Part shown: piece after piece, positions 9,497 through 20,590 of the stretch
Layout of the letters: the number at the start of each line of letters is the position of its first letter
Numbering within the stretch: the first letter of the stretch is position 1
Assembly: GCA_048939995.1 (NCBI GenBank)
Contig: JBHLOY010000005.1
Span: 1 to 64,000, forward strand
From: Promethearchaeota archaeon
GTDB taxonomy: Archaea; Asgardarchaeota; Lokiarchaeia; Sigyniarchaeales; SOKP01
Direction of reading: 5' to 3'
Length of the DNA stretch: 64,000 nt
Translations under genes and position numbers: made by a program
The notes under the pieces: generated by a model
The model's database searches: none
Seen by the model: only the letters and a program-made list of their open reading frames with translations
Told to the model about the DNA's origin: nothing

Positions 9497-9701
9497 TATC
9501 TATAACACTTTATGCAATTAGAGAATGTTGAAAAAAGATTCTTATAAATTATATAACTAGTTAAATATATTCTAATAAAAATTTTTTTGAAAGTAAAAGA
9601 GAAAATAAATTTTTAAAATGTCCAATAATTTTATTTCATTAAGTTTTAATGAGAAATACTATTAATTTATCCCATTAATTTGATTTGAAAATTCAATCTT
9701 A

Positions 9702-9786
9702 GCAGGGGTAGCCAAGCCTGGTCAACGGTGCTAGACCGAGGCTCTAGTCTCATAGGAGTTCGAGGGTTCAAATCCCTCCCCCTGCA
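9702..9786 (+). tRNA. tRNA-Leu(GAG), intronless, long variable arm
   Basis: GCAGGGG/CCCCTGC-A acceptor, CTAGA-CCGAGGC-TCTAG anticodon arm, GAGGG-TTCAAAT-CCCTC T arm. Confidence 0.93.
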
Positions 9787-9879
9787 TTTTCATATAGACT
9801 TTTTTTTCCAAAAATTATATTTTGCTTATTAATAAAAACCATAACTTACATAAGTTTCCCAAAATGATCAGATTATGAT

Positions 9880-11079
9880 ATGACTATTATGGAAAGTAAA
9901 TTATATGAGGAAATAGCTTTACTTGATCATATATATGAACTCTCTTTTAGCCGAACAGCAACCACGAATGGGGAAACCAAAGCTCTCGTTTATATTGAAA
10001 ATGCTATACGTAATGAAAATCTTAAACCTACAATTGAATTTTTTGATTGGACAGGTCCAAAAAGAGCGTTAATGAGACTTTTTTATGTGATTTTTATAAT
10101 ATATTTTGTCTTACACATTCAAACTATTTTAATTTTAGTAATTTTTTTTGCGATAAAATATCTCTTTCCAAAACTTCGGAAATATTCACTAATACAAAAA
10201 GAGGAATCTAGAAATATTTATACTCAAATTTCTGCTCAAAATAAAAAAGATAAAGAAAAAAGACCGGTGATCTTTTTATGTGCTCATTATGACTCATTTT
10301 CAGCAGCAGCACCTTACAGATTACAGAATATCTTATTCTTTATATTCAGAATGATAATCATCCCCTACTTTACAATTTTAATATTTACATCTATATTAGT
10401 AATTGCTAATGTATTTTCTTTATACGTGTATGTTGAAGAATCACTTCAAACTTTCATCCTGCTTACAACCTTTATAGAATTTGGAATAATCATTTTAATT
10501 TTTCTTTTAATTTATGATAATAAGAAATCCAAAGGCTCAATAGATAATGCGTCTGGAGTTTCAATATTACTTGAATTAATGAAAATCTTGAAAAGAAATC
10601 CGCCTAAAAATTATGATGTAATATTTCTATGGAGTGGAGCTGAAGAATGGGGGTTAGTCGGAGCAAATAGATTTCTAAAAAAACATAGAGAGAGATTTGA
10701 AGAGATCTACGATCTTGACAAATCTTATGCCATAAATGTTGATATGGTTGGCTCCTACATTGGACTTCTTAACAAAACAGGGATTTTCAATAAAAAACTT
10801 AATAGAAATTTAAATGATATAATTATTGCTTCCGCACTTAAAAATAAAATTCCTATTGTTAGTTATAATAGATTAATTAGGCCAGGAACTGACCACATCT
10901 CTTTTAAGAAATTTGCTAAGAAAACAAAATCAAAATTACAAGTAGCTTGCTTTCATTCATCAAAAGATTCTAAATTTATTCATTCTTCAAAGGATACTCC
11001 TAAAAGAATTTATTTAAAAAATCTAAGTGGTTGTTTAGAGATATGCTATGATACTTTAAAAGCTATAGATTCAATTTAA
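9880..11079 (+). CDS. membrane-associated M28-family metallopeptidase
   Basis: CAHYDS, GSIDNASG, GAEEWG, NVDMVG, TDH, IHS motifs with inserted TM helices. Confidence 0.9.
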   Translation: MTIMESKLYEEIALLDHIYELSFSRTATTNGETKALVYIENAIRNENLKPTIEFFDWTGPKRALMRLFYVIFIIYFVLHIQTILILVIFFAIKYLFPKLRKYSLIQKEESRNIYTQISAQNKKDKEKRPVIFLCAHYDSFSAAAPYRLQNILFFIFRMIIIPYFTILIFTSILVIANVFSLYVYVEESLQTFILLTTFIEFGIIILIFLLIYDNKKSKGSIDNASGVSILLELMKILKRNPPKNYDVIFLWSGAEEWGLVGANRFLKKHRERFEEIYDLDKSYAINVDMVGSYIGLLNKTGIFNKKLNRNLNDIIIASALKNKIPIVSYNRLIRPGTDHISFKKFAKKTKSKLQVACFHSSKDSKFIHSSKDTPKRIYLKNLSGCLEICYDTLKAIDSI

Positions 11080-14000
11080 AAAAAATCAGAAAGCTTCTGT
11101 TGTTTAATTCTTGGATTGTTAGTTAGACTTTCGACATAGTCTTCAATTAGCTCCATTCGTTGAACAGTGTACTTATCTAATTTGAAATTTTTACATAACT
11201 TATTTGCACGAGGGATATATTTTTCAATTCCACCGCGGTTAACAGTTAATATAACCCTATTCCCACATTTAGTACAGTTTCCTGAATTTGAAAGAGGTGG
11301 TCTTCTGAATTTTTCATTACATTTCACACATCTAAATTCTTGTACAGAAAACTTCCTCAAATTTCCTAAAATATCTGGATTGAAGTGAGACATTAATATT
11401 TTCTTAGCAACTTTTTTAGCATTTACCGCCTTAATAATCTTTGCAAGATATAATTGAGCATCTATTTTACTATCCATAGATTCATAAGTTTTATAAGCTG
11501 TCATTGTGGGGCCTTCATTAATATTTTCAGTTGGAATATTGAATCCAATATTTTCATATTGTTCTGGACTACCTAATCGACTTTTTACAAGCTCCATTGA
11601 ATTTTCTATGTCTGAGGGGGAATTATATTTCTCAGTTGCTTCATAAAACTCTAAAGGATATTTGTATAAGGTATCTATATTATGTGCTTCGACATCTACT
11701 TCATTTGGATCAAGCAATGTTCCAATAACAAGTGTAGCATCCATTCTTCCTCCAATCTTACTTGGTAAATAATATCTAGAAAAATTTAATAAAGGATCTA
11801 CAAGTAACATGATACCATCTTCGTCTCCATCGCAATTCCTTCTCTTCGCGGCATGCCAATAAGGATGAGCATAAATAGCCCTTGCTGGAGTAAATCCAAC
11901 AATACGGCCAATAACTCCAGCACTAGTATGAGGCGCTAGTCCTACGATTAGATGACCAATTAACTCTTTTTTTTCAGAAATATTGTAAAATCTGTCCATT
12001 TTGTAAAAAAATTCTAGTTCATCATCCAAAAATGTTGAAACTTTAATTAAATATTTAGCACAATCATCTGATATTATTACATCTTGCACTTTTAATTCAA
12101 TAATCTGTTCTTCATTTATTAAAGAATCTCCCTTAAAATCAAGATTATATCCTAAACTTTTTAACTTCTCGATAGAAACACCTACTTCTTTAGCTTTAAA
12201 GTGGGTTAAAGGAATATCAGTAGCATCATATCTTATTTCAGCAGTTTTATAGACTAACACATCATTTTTAGCTCTTAAAATTCCCTTCTCTATAGGTTCT
12301 GGTACCTTAAAAGTGTTAGTTAAACCAAAAATACCTTTTATCTTTCTTGGAAAGGGTATCTGAAGGGAGTTTAATACTGAATCTAAATAAGATTTAATAT
12401 CAAATAAAGCCTCGCTTGAAGATCTCAATTCATCATTACATTTTGGGCATAAACGTTTTTCTTGAGGATCTGAAGCAGAATATAAACTCTTACATTTTAA
12501 ACAAATTGACTTTAAGTCAGTATGAGAATGACAATTGGGACATACATTAAAAATACTAATACTATTACAATTTGGGCATAATCTCCTACATACATCTATC
12601 TTTATCTTTTTTAAAGCCATCGCTTTTTCTACTAATCTTGAGTTTCCAACTTTATCACTCAATGGGAATAAAGTATGTATGCCCTTCATAGTTTTTCGCT
12701 CAGATTTTTCAGGCCGCCCCATACGAGTACCCATATAATAAGGAGCCTTATTCTTTAATTCTATAGAACATAATCTATAAAAGTAATTAAACACATTCTC
12801 TTCTTTACTTGGTTCTATTACTTCCTTTTCTCTAAGATTGAATAATACTTTGTACACATAATTCATTGCATTATTGAAAAAAATTTGATTATCTTTTACT
12901 TTATGAAGGATAAACGCTTTTTCTAAAACATTTTTGACTTGTCCTCTATTTTCCAAGATAATTTTTTCTTCTTTTTCTGAAAATCCCGATAACATGGCTT
13001 TTCTTAAGGTATATAATTCCTCTATTGTAATATTTCCCCAAAAGTCAGTATAGGAAGGATGTAGAGGAACATGATAAGTTAATGATAACTTTATAGCCTC
13101 TTCAGCAGAAGGTTTTGAATTAAATGGATTATTCGCATAATCTTTAATCTTTTGATCGATTTTCACAGAGCTTTTAATTGCTTTTTCTAAATCTAAAGCC
13201 CACCATTCCTCAACATAACCAGAAGGTACTAAAATATGATTGTTTTCTGCAAATTCTCCAAAACTAAAGAGAATATCTCCAAGAAATAATACTTTCTCAA
13301 CTTCTGGAAAAATATGAATTGCGGAATTATAGCTTCTTACTTTAACTACATTTCCATTCTTTAATTTTACAATCGGCGGTTCAATGGAACTTACAGGGCA
13401 GATACTTGCACTCTTACCAGGTCTTTCAGTTCTAAGTTGTGTTCCTATTGAGATAAAATTATCTAAAATCCCCATTGTAGCAGGATGAATGCCTGCTGCA
13501 GCCAAACCTGTATTTCTACATCTACCATACCTTATTCTGTGACCACCTACTTTTGATGGGTGGCTAAAAACTGGCCTTCCAGCAATAATATCAGCAACAA
13601 ACTTTGAGTTTGGAGGCACTTTAACATCAAATTTATCTATTTCCTTTTTCTTAGCTTTATTTTTAATTTCTCTCTTGCTACCAATTTTTTTAAGATCACC
13701 TAGCCAATCCCAACCCTTTAAGTTCATTGCATTTGCTATTTTTAATAACTTTAGTGCCTTTAAGAGAATACCATCATTTAACACTAAACATGCACCTCCA
13801 CGAATTTTATTTGTGCTAATCCTTGGTAAATTTCGAAATGCTGATATCTCTTCCTCTTCTGTGGAATCACCATTAATTTCAACTGGTAAATGTTTCACGG
13901 CAAATCTTATTTCATCATTAGAGGAGGGATATTGTAGGTGAACTCTCCGGTCATATAATTTAATTTCTTCTACATATCTCCCAACTTCAGCTTCTGTAGC

Positions 14001-14525
14001 CTCATATTTAGGTATATTTGTTTTTTCCCTAACATAATCAGCAATTAAAACAGATAATGCTGCAGTGGTTCCCCCAGCAGCCCTTATTGGTCCAGCAAAG
14101 AAAAGAGATAAGTATCTATTACCTTGTTTATCCTTTCGAATCAGTATCTTTGAAATTCCTTCTAAGGGAGCACTAACAACACCCATGGTCTTTATGGCTA
14201 GCCCTACTCTGATTGCTCTTTCCACTCTCTCCTCCAATAATTGAATTTTACCCACTTTTTGATCCAATATATCTGTAACTACTTGAAATACTATCTCATC
14301 GTCGCTCTTTCCTTTAGCTTTAAGCTCCCTAATGATTTCTGCAACACCTTCAGGTCCTACAAGTTTTTCAACTCTTCCAGCTAAATCTCTTGCTTGTGGA
14401 CACTCGACGAACATTTCTGGATCTAAACCCTTCTTCCGTGCTTTCTCTGCTATTTTGTAACACTCATCTACTTGATTCTGAATCACTGAAAAATAGTTCT
14501 CCATTTTATCACTCATCTCAACCAT
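11076..14525 (-). CDS. polC: DNA polymerase D large subunit DP2
   Basis: FAGPIRAAGGT, RYGRCRNTG, AAKRRNCDGDED catalytic motif, Zn fingers; no intein. Confidence 0.99.
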   Translation of the reverse strand: MVEMSDKMENYFSVIQNQVDECYKIAEKARKKGLDPEMFVECPQARDLAGRVEKLVGPEGVAEIIRELKAKGKSDDEIVFQVVTDILDQKVGKIQLLEERVERAIRVGLAIKTMGVVSAPLEGISKILIRKDKQGNRYLSLFFAGPIRAAGGTTAALSVLIADYVREKTNIPKYEATEAEVGRYVEEIKLYDRRVHLQYPSSNDEIRFAVKHLPVEINGDSTEEEEISAFRNLPRISTNKIRGGACLVLNDGILLKALKLLKIANAMNLKGWDWLGDLKKIGSKREIKNKAKKKEIDKFDVKVPPNSKFVADIIAGRPVFSHPSKVGGHRIRYGRCRNTGLAAAGIHPATMGILDNFISIGTQLRTERPGKSASICPVSSIEPPIVKLKNGNVVKVRSYNSAIHIFPEVEKVLFLGDILFSFGEFAENNHILVPSGYVEEWWALDLEKAIKSSVKIDQKIKDYANNPFNSKPSAEEAIKLSLTYHVPLHPSYTDFWGNITIEELYTLRKAMLSGFSEKEEKIILENRGQVKNVLEKAFILHKVKDNQIFFNNAMNYVYKVLFNLREKEVIEPSKEENVFNYFYRLCSIELKNKAPYYMGTRMGRPEKSERKTMKGIHTLFPLSDKVGNSRLVEKAMALKKIKIDVCRRLCPNCNSISIFNVCPNCHSHTDLKSICLKCKSLYSASDPQEKRLCPKCNDELRSSSEALFDIKSYLDSVLNSLQIPFPRKIKGIFGLTNTFKVPEPIEKGILRAKNDVLVYKTAEIRYDATDIPLTHFKAKEVGVSIEKLKSLGYNLDFKGDSLINEEQIIELKVQDVIISDDCAKYLIKVSTFLDDELEFFYKMDRFYNISEKKELIGHLIVGLAPHTSAGVIGRIVGFTPARAIYAHPYWHAAKRRNCDGDEDGIMLLVDPLLNFSRYYLPSKIGGRMDATLVIGTLLDPNEVDVEAHNIDTLYKYPLEFYEATEKYNSPSDIENSMELVKSRLGSPEQYENIGFNIPTENINEGPTMTAYKTYESMDSKIDAQLYLAKIIKAVNAKKVAKKILMSHFNPDILGNLRKFSVQEFRCVKCNEKFRRPPLSNSGNCTKCGNRVILTVNRGGIEKYIPRANKLCKNFKLDKYTVQRMELIEDYVESLTNNPRIKQQKLSDFF

Positions 14526-14793
14526 TTTGAATCAACTTTAAAAAGCAAAATATTAGAAAATTGATCTTCTAAATTATAATTAGCCAAATAAATTCTATTA
14601 TTAATAGGCTAGTTGATGCCTTGTATTTTAATGAATAGACAGACAGAGTTTTTAAGAAAATCTAAAACTTTGTGATTATGATATTTTAAACACTCCCTAT
14701 TTATAAAAAGGAAGGTTTTGTTTTTTCTTTAATAATAAACCATTAAATTTTGTCTCAATATTAATATTACATTGTAAATAGGAAGAGATATAA

Positions 14794-16494
14794 TTGCAAA
14801 GGGATTTAATAGAGCAAAAAAGGATCATAGTCAACAAATTAGTCAATTCAGGGATTAATATATCCCCTGAAAGCTTGGAATACATTCTAAATATGAAAAA
14901 TCCATTAAAAATTTTAAGCTCAATAATAAAAGAGCTAAGTTTTATTCCAGATTTTAACAGCCATATAACAAAAAATATTATATATCAGATTTCAAACGAA
15001 GAATTACAAAGAGTGCTAAAAAGAGTTATTGACAAAGAATCTAAACCAATAAAATTCAAGACTGAAGAGATGCAAGACTCTGCTGATATGATCAAAACCC
15101 AACCCATTGATTTGAATCCTCAATTAGAGAAAATATCTGCATCTCATTCAGAAAATATTGGTGAGTTAAAAATGGCTCAGTACGGAGTAACGAAATCTAC
15201 TATTCGATTTAATCCTATCGCTAGGGATTATGAAACAAAATTCGAAATACTAAAAGATCCGACAGGAAAGATATATACAAACGGAGAATATTCTGATTTT
15301 TATAAATTAACATTGAATAAGTTTGAAAAATTAGAAACTCTTATGAAAAAGAGATTTAATCTTCGTTCAACAATTAAAGCAATAAATCTATCTAAGTTTT
15401 CAAAAGAAAAAGAGCTGTCTCTTGTGGGTTTAGTTAAAGACATACGCCAAACTAAGAATGGAAATTATTTAATATCATTGGAAGATTTAACGGGTACAAT
15501 TAATGTACTTGTTAGAAAAGATTTGGAAGATCAAGATTCTCTCAAGACCACTAAAAAGATTATTTATGATCAAATGATATATGTTAAGGGATTATATAAT
15601 AGAAGTGATAAATTTAATAATGGGATTATTTTTGCGGATTATATCTCAAAAATAGATACACCCACAGATTTTCAGCCCAATAAATCTTTAGATCCTATTT
15701 CTATTGCTCTTATTTCTGACACTCATATAGGTAGCAAGGAGTTTGAAGAACCATTATTTAAAAGATTCATTAAATTTTTGAATGGAAGAATTGGTAATAA
15801 AAAATTAAGAGAAGTTGCTGGAAGAGTTAAATACCTTGTCATAAATGGAGATTTAGTTGATGGAATAGGCGTTTACCCTAATCAACAAAAAGATTTAATA
15901 ATTTCTGATATTTATGATCAATTCAAAAAAGCTTTAGAGTTTCTAACCGAAATTCCTAATTATATAAAAATTTTCTATATTTCTGGTAATCATGAACCTG
16001 TTAGAAATGCAATTCCTAGACCTGCAGTACCTAAAAAATATAGTCAGGACTTAATAGATCTAAATGTTTCTTGCTTAGGAAACCCGTCTTTTATCAAAAC
16101 CCATGATGTCAATACACTTATCTATCATGGTGAAAGTATTCATGATTTAAATTTATTAATTCATGAATTAGATATCAATAAACCCGTTGATGCTATGAAG
16201 GAACTTCTCATCTGTAGACATCTAGCACCAGTTTATGGCGAAAAGACACAGATAGCTCCTGTTGAAATGGATTGGCTTGTAGTCGATAGCATTCCAGATA
16301 TTTTTCATACTGGACATATTCATATTAACGGAATTGGAAGATACAATAACGTTACATTGCTTAATTCTGGATGTTTTCAAGCTCAAACAGATTTCATGAA
16401 AAGTTTTGGAATAAATCCAACACCAGGAATAGTACCAATTATTCAATTAGATGATTTAAAAGCATTTGAATTAGACTTAAAAAGTAATTATTAA
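14794..16494 (+). CDS. polB: DNA polymerase D small subunit DP1 (3'-5' exonuclease)
   Basis: OB fold then SDTHIGS, GDLVDGIG, GNHE, YHG, HTGHIH phosphoesterase motifs. Confidence 0.97.
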   Translation: MQRDLIEQKRIIVNKLVNSGINISPESLEYILNMKNPLKILSSIIKELSFIPDFNSHITKNIIYQISNEELQRVLKRVIDKESKPIKFKTEEMQDSADMIKTQPIDLNPQLEKISASHSENIGELKMAQYGVTKSTIRFNPIARDYETKFEILKDPTGKIYTNGEYSDFYKLTLNKFEKLETLMKKRFNLRSTIKAINLSKFSKEKELSLVGLVKDIRQTKNGNYLISLEDLTGTINVLVRKDLEDQDSLKTTKKIIYDQMIYVKGLYNRSDKFNNGIIFADYISKIDTPTDFQPNKSLDPISIALISDTHIGSKEFEEPLFKRFIKFLNGRIGNKKLREVAGRVKYLVINGDLVDGIGVYPNQQKDLIISDIYDQFKKALEFLTEIPNYIKIFYISGNHEPVRNAIPRPAVPKKYSQDLIDLNVSCLGNPSFIKTHDVNTLIYHGESIHDLNLLIHELDINKPVDAMKELLICRHLAPVYGEKTQIAPVEMDWLVVDSIPDIFHTGHIHINGIGRYNNVTLLNSGCFQAQTDFMKSFGINPTPGIVPIIQLDDLKAFELDLKSNY

Positions 16495-16505
16495 TTATTT
16501 TAATT

Positions 16506-17183
16506 ATGTCTTTTCGAATTCCTAGGCAAAAAATCTCAGAACTAGTACTTTATATATGGAAAATCTTAAATCTACCGCATATTTCACTTGATGATCTAAT
16601 CTATAAGATATCTTTTGAATTATTTCTTTATAATCCCAAAGAGGCAGAGGAATTTATCGCAAATGCTATAAAATCCAAATTCATTATTCAAAAAGATAAT
16701 ATGGATCTTATATTGTCTGAGAGTCTAAATTCAGAGCTTAAAAATTGGCAAAAGAACCGAAAATATGAGATTTTACAAAAAATAAAAAATCTTAAAAGAG
16801 AAATTGAGCTTAAGGATCAATTCCAACAAAATAACAAAAATGAATTTAATATTCTTTTAAAAGGATTATCAGATAAATCAACTCTAAATCGAGCTGTGAG
16901 TATTTCTGAATCAGCATTTAATCTAATAAATTTTAATAAGGTATTATTAGATGCAACTGTGAAAGGATCTAAAGAGCAGTCCTACATAATTAAAGTAGAC
17001 TTAATTAATAAGAGTTTAATACATAACTGTCATGATTTCCAAACAAGGAAATCAAACGAAAAAAGATTCTGCAAACACCTAATCAGAATATTTTTATTAT
17101 TGAAGGAAAAAGATGAAAAATTGTCAGTTTCATTTCTAAAAAGCATCTCTGACGAGATTGAACATTGGGACTTTTCAAGCTAA
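16506..17183 (+). CDS. DUF2240-N-like domain fused to a SWIM-type zinc finger
   Basis: N-terminal ISFEL..P.EAEEFI..A pattern; VKGS...Y then HNCHDF...FCKH SWIM-like motif. Confidence 0.65.
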   Translation: MSFRIPRQKISELVLYIWKILNLPHISLDDLIYKISFELFLYNPKEAEEFIANAIKSKFIIQKDNMDLILSESLNSELKNWQKNRKYEILQKIKNLKREIELKDQFQQNNKNEFNILLKGLSDKSTLNRAVSISESAFNLINFNKVLLDATVKGSKEQSYIIKVDLINKSLIHNCHDFQTRKSNEKRFCKHLIRIFLLLKEKDEKLSVSFLKSISDEIEHWDFSS

Positions 17184-18502
17184 ATTAGTTTTCGAAATAC
17201 GTTATTCTTGATCTTTACCTTGTCGCTTTGTAAAGCAATTGGTTTATAGTTTAAAATGCCACTTATTCTTAATTTTTTTACTTGTGACAAAGCTCGTTCA
17301 ATTATTTCTTTCTCAATATCAATTTCAATCAATTTTGTCCTACCATAATGTCCCATGGACTTAGTGATAGCACTTATTATTCCTGCTAAAGATAATTCGT
17401 TAATGTAGTCGCTTATCCTCCTCTGAGTTAGTTGTTTCACACCAGGTAACATTTTGGTTAATTCTGAGTGCGTTTCATATACTTCACCTGAGGTTGTGAT
17501 ATGTTCTTTTCCAAATTTTTTTAAAATATAGATTGCTGCTAGGGTTAATTGTGCTTGGAGTGGCATTGATAATATATATTCTACGATATGATCTTTTTCA
17601 AGATTTTTTTGGGCATTTGTAACATCTGATTCTGAGATTATTTTATGCTGCTTTCTCTCAGCTATCTCACCAGCTTTTCTTAATAATTGAAGAGCTTTTC
17701 TAGCATCTCCATGCTCTTTTGCGGCTAAACCAGCACATAACTTTATAACTCCTTGATCTAAAACATTTTCATTAAAAGCGATTCTTGAGCGTTGTTTAAG
17801 TATATCTGCTAATTCATTAGCATTATACGGATGGAAAACTATTGGTTCTTGTCCCGATAATGAGGAAGTGACTCTTGAATCTAAATACTCCATAAATCTT
17901 AATTTATTAGAAATACCTATTGAACAAGTTCTACATGAATCAAGATTTTCATTCAACCGAGTTAAATCATATAAAATTTCATTTCCCCCTCTCCGTTCAA
18001 TAAGAACATCGATTTCATCTAAAACAATAAAACATACACCATCTTTGATTTTTAAGTCTAAAATACCCAATAATTTTTTAAAGATAATATCTTTTGGTAA
18101 TCCCGTGGGAGGAATTCTTTCTTTTCCTACTATCGTATTATAAATATGAGCTAGAATACGATAGGGTGTGGAGATTATATTACAATTTATGTAAATCCAC
18201 CATGGAGGGTTTTTCTCACAGTGTTGAGCTAATTTTTGACTAATATATCTTATTGTTGCGGTTTTTCCAGTACCTGTCATTCCATAACATAAAAAATTAG
18301 GTGGCACATCTCCATTTAATGCACATGCAGTAATTCTTGCAATTTTCTTTATCTCATTATCTCGATGTGGTAATTCATCAGGAATGTATGAGGGCTCTAA
18401 AGCTTCACGCATCTTAAAAATTTTTGGTCCCTTTAAATAATTCTTATAAAATCTGTCAATATTAAAGGAGTAATTATTATCATCTTTTGAATTCGTCAAC
18501 AA
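17180..18502 (-). CDS. cdc6: Orc1/Cdc6 replication initiator
   Basis: YIPDELPHRD, GMTGTGKT, VLDEID, HGDARKAL, C-terminal winged helix. Confidence 0.97.
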   Translation of the reverse strand: MLTNSKDDNNYSFNIDRFYKNYLKGPKIFKMREALEPSYIPDELPHRDNEIKKIARITACALNGDVPPNFLCYGMTGTGKTATIRYISQKLAQHCEKNPPWWIYINCNIISTPYRILAHIYNTIVGKERIPPTGLPKDIIFKKLLGILDLKIKDGVCFIVLDEIDVLIERRGGNEILYDLTRLNENLDSCRTCSIGISNKLRFMEYLDSRVTSSLSGQEPIVFHPYNANELADILKQRSRIAFNENVLDQGVIKLCAGLAAKEHGDARKALQLLRKAGEIAERKQHKIISESDVTNAQKNLEKDHIVEYILSMPLQAQLTLAAIYILKKFGKEHITTSGEVYETHSELTKMLPGVKQLTQRRISDYINELSLAGIISAITKSMGHYGRTKLIEIDIEKEIIERALSQVKKLRISGILNYKPIALQSDKVKIKNNVFRKLI

Positions 18503-18765
18503 ACAATAACACCTACGCTATCTTTATTATTAGCTAATATTTAAAAACTATTTGTTAACCGACAAATTAATCGAGAGCTGTTAAATCATTAATATAATCT
18601 GACATACATTTTCTATATTTTTTACAATCAAAGTTTCTCTTTTAAAAGATCATTATTTATACGACAATATTATTAATGATTTATTACTTTACTTCATTTT
18701 TACTAACATTTAACTTTAATAAATAATTATTTTATCTAAGTTTTCTCACAGATTACTACGAAAAA

Positions 18766-19539
18766 ATGTCTCAAAATGATATTGCTGAATCTTTTAAAAA
18801 GAGAAATACTAAAATTGCTAAGATTTTAGCTCTTAGCTTTACTTGCTTACTCATAATGAACTTTTTAATTGTCTCATTTATATATGTATGGACGGATTGG
18901 GTTGCACTTCTCATTTTCAGTCTTTTATTTATAACGCCTGGTTATATCTCAAATGCGGGAATGGTGATTGTTGGTAGAGGTAAACCGATAGATCGAGGAA
19001 AGATCATGAAAGATGGGAGGAGAATATTTGGGGAGCATAAAACTTGGAGGGGATTTATCTTTGGTCCACTTTACATAGGTATCCCTATTTCTTTTGGAAT
19101 TTATCTTTTGTTTTTAGCATTATGGCCAGCTATTGAAGTCATCCCTCTTTCTGGAATAACACAAGGAATATACAAGCTCTATTCAGACTTGATTTATTAT
19201 CAATATTATTTCATTGGAGGGCCACTCCCAGTAGGATTACTAATAATAATATTAAGAATAATTCTATGTTCCTATGGGGCTGCTTTTGGGGATTTAATCG
19301 GCTCATTTTTTAAAAGAAGACTAAATATCCAGAGTGGTGCTCCCTTTTGGATAATAGATCAATTAGATTTTGTATTTTTCGCAATTCTTTTTGCAAGTTT
19401 TCCCGCTATAATATTCCCCGGACTTTATCTTGCTCCAGATATATTAATTATCACTTTTTTATTGATCCTAACACCCTCAGTAAGTATAATAGCAAATACG
19501 GTAGCCTATTTAACTGGCTTAAAAAATGTACCTTGGTAA
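18766..19539 (+). CDS. carS: CDP-archaeol synthase
   Basis: PGYISN, PIDRG...DGRRIFGEHKTWRG, GDLIGSFFKRR, IDQLDF. Confidence 0.93.
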   Translation: MSQNDIAESFKKRNTKIAKILALSFTCLLIMNFLIVSFIYVWTDWVALLIFSLLFITPGYISNAGMVIVGRGKPIDRGKIMKDGRRIFGEHKTWRGFIFGPLYIGIPISFGIYLLFLALWPAIEVIPLSGITQGIYKLYSDLIYYQYYFIGGPLPVGLLIIILRIILCSYGAAFGDLIGSFFKRRLNIQSGAPFWIIDQLDFVFFAILFASFPAIIFPGLYLAPDILIITFLLILTPSVSIIANTVAYLTGLKNVPW

Positions 19540-19540
19540 A

Positions 19541-20095
19541 TCAATAACTTAGCTTTGTGACTTTACAAGATATTTTTACTGGATTTCCAAATTTTTGAAA
19601 TTCAATATATCTATCAAGTAATTCATTAATAGCTTTTATATAATCTCCATTTTTTCCTACTGCTATACCTCTCTCCTCAAAAGTAAGAAAATTAACAGTT
19701 ATTTCTCGTTTACGTGAATATATATTATACTCAATTCTTATATCATGAATATAGATATCAGGAAAAAAACTATGTACTAAATTGATTAGTGTATTTTCTG
19801 AACGAATTAATGCTACTTTTCGGCATAATTTTAACCTTAGAGAACTCAAATATGATTTTGCTTCAAAATAATCTTCATTATTAACAAAAAAGAATACAAT
19901 CTGCTTGATGACTATAATATTCTTAGGATAAATTTTTGTTTTATTATAAAAATAATCGAATAACTTAAGTTCGAAATTAGTATATTTTCTAATAAATTTT
20001 AAAGACTGATAAAAGATTAAATCATCAAGGATCGTATAAAGCATACAAAAGAATCTTTTTAATAAGAGATTTAAAGTCCTAAAAAAAATTAACAT
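19541..20095 (-). CDS. NusA-like KH-domain protein (true start probably the internal Met)
   Basis: C-terminal ERGIAVGKNGDYIKAINELL KH GxxG motif. Confidence 0.7.
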   Translation of the reverse strand: MLIFFRTLNLLLKRFFCMLYTILDDLIFYQSLKFIRKYTNFELKLFDYFYNKTKIYPKNIIVIKQIVFFFVNNEDYFEAKSYLSSLRLKLCRKVALIRSENTLINLVHSFFPDIYIHDIRIEYNIYSRKREITVNFLTFEERGIAVGKNGDYIKAINELLDRYIEFQKFGNPVKISCKVTKLSY

Positions 20096-20133
20096 GTAAC
20101 AAAAATTTAAAAAATTCCAATTATCTTTTAGAA

Positions 20134-20583
20134 TTGTTTATAATAATGAAAGAAGCAGGATTTGAATTTAAAGGACATACCGCGGATATAAAAGTGAGAA
20201 GTTGGGGTAGAACTTTAGAAGAAGCATTTGCACAAACTGCCTTGGGTTTAATGGCCATAATGAGTCCAGATTTAAAAAGGATCTCATCTACCATTCAAAA
20301 GAGTATTGAAATAACTTCAGAAGACATCTATGCTTTATTATTTGACTTTCTCTCTGAGTTTTTATATTTATTTGATGTAGACGGATTAATTTTTGGTGAT
20401 ATTATCGTTAATATAATGAAAAAAGAGCATAATGAATATTATTTACAAGCAATTATTAAAGGAGAGAAATTTGATCGCCACAAACATAAAATTGGGACTG
20501 AGGTTAAAGCAGTAACTTATTCATTTATGAATATAAAAGAAAAAAAAAATGAAGTTGAAATTGATATCATTTTTGATATCTAA
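20134..20583 (+). CDS. archease
   Basis: HTADI, G.TLEEAF, LLFDFLSEFL, EVKAVTY, terminal IFDI. Confidence 0.96.
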   Translation: MFIIMKEAGFEFKGHTADIKVRSWGRTLEEAFAQTALGLMAIMSPDLKRISSTIQKSIEITSEDIYALLFDFLSEFLYLFDVDGLIFGDIIVNIMKKEHNEYYLQAIIKGEKFDRHKHKIGTEVKAVTYSFMNIKEKKNEVEIDIIFDI

Positions 20584-20590
20584 ATGTGAA

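Noticed and set aside
18503-18765. ORB elements upstream of cdc6
   Set aside because: Only short GACA recurrences; no ORB consensus or G-string
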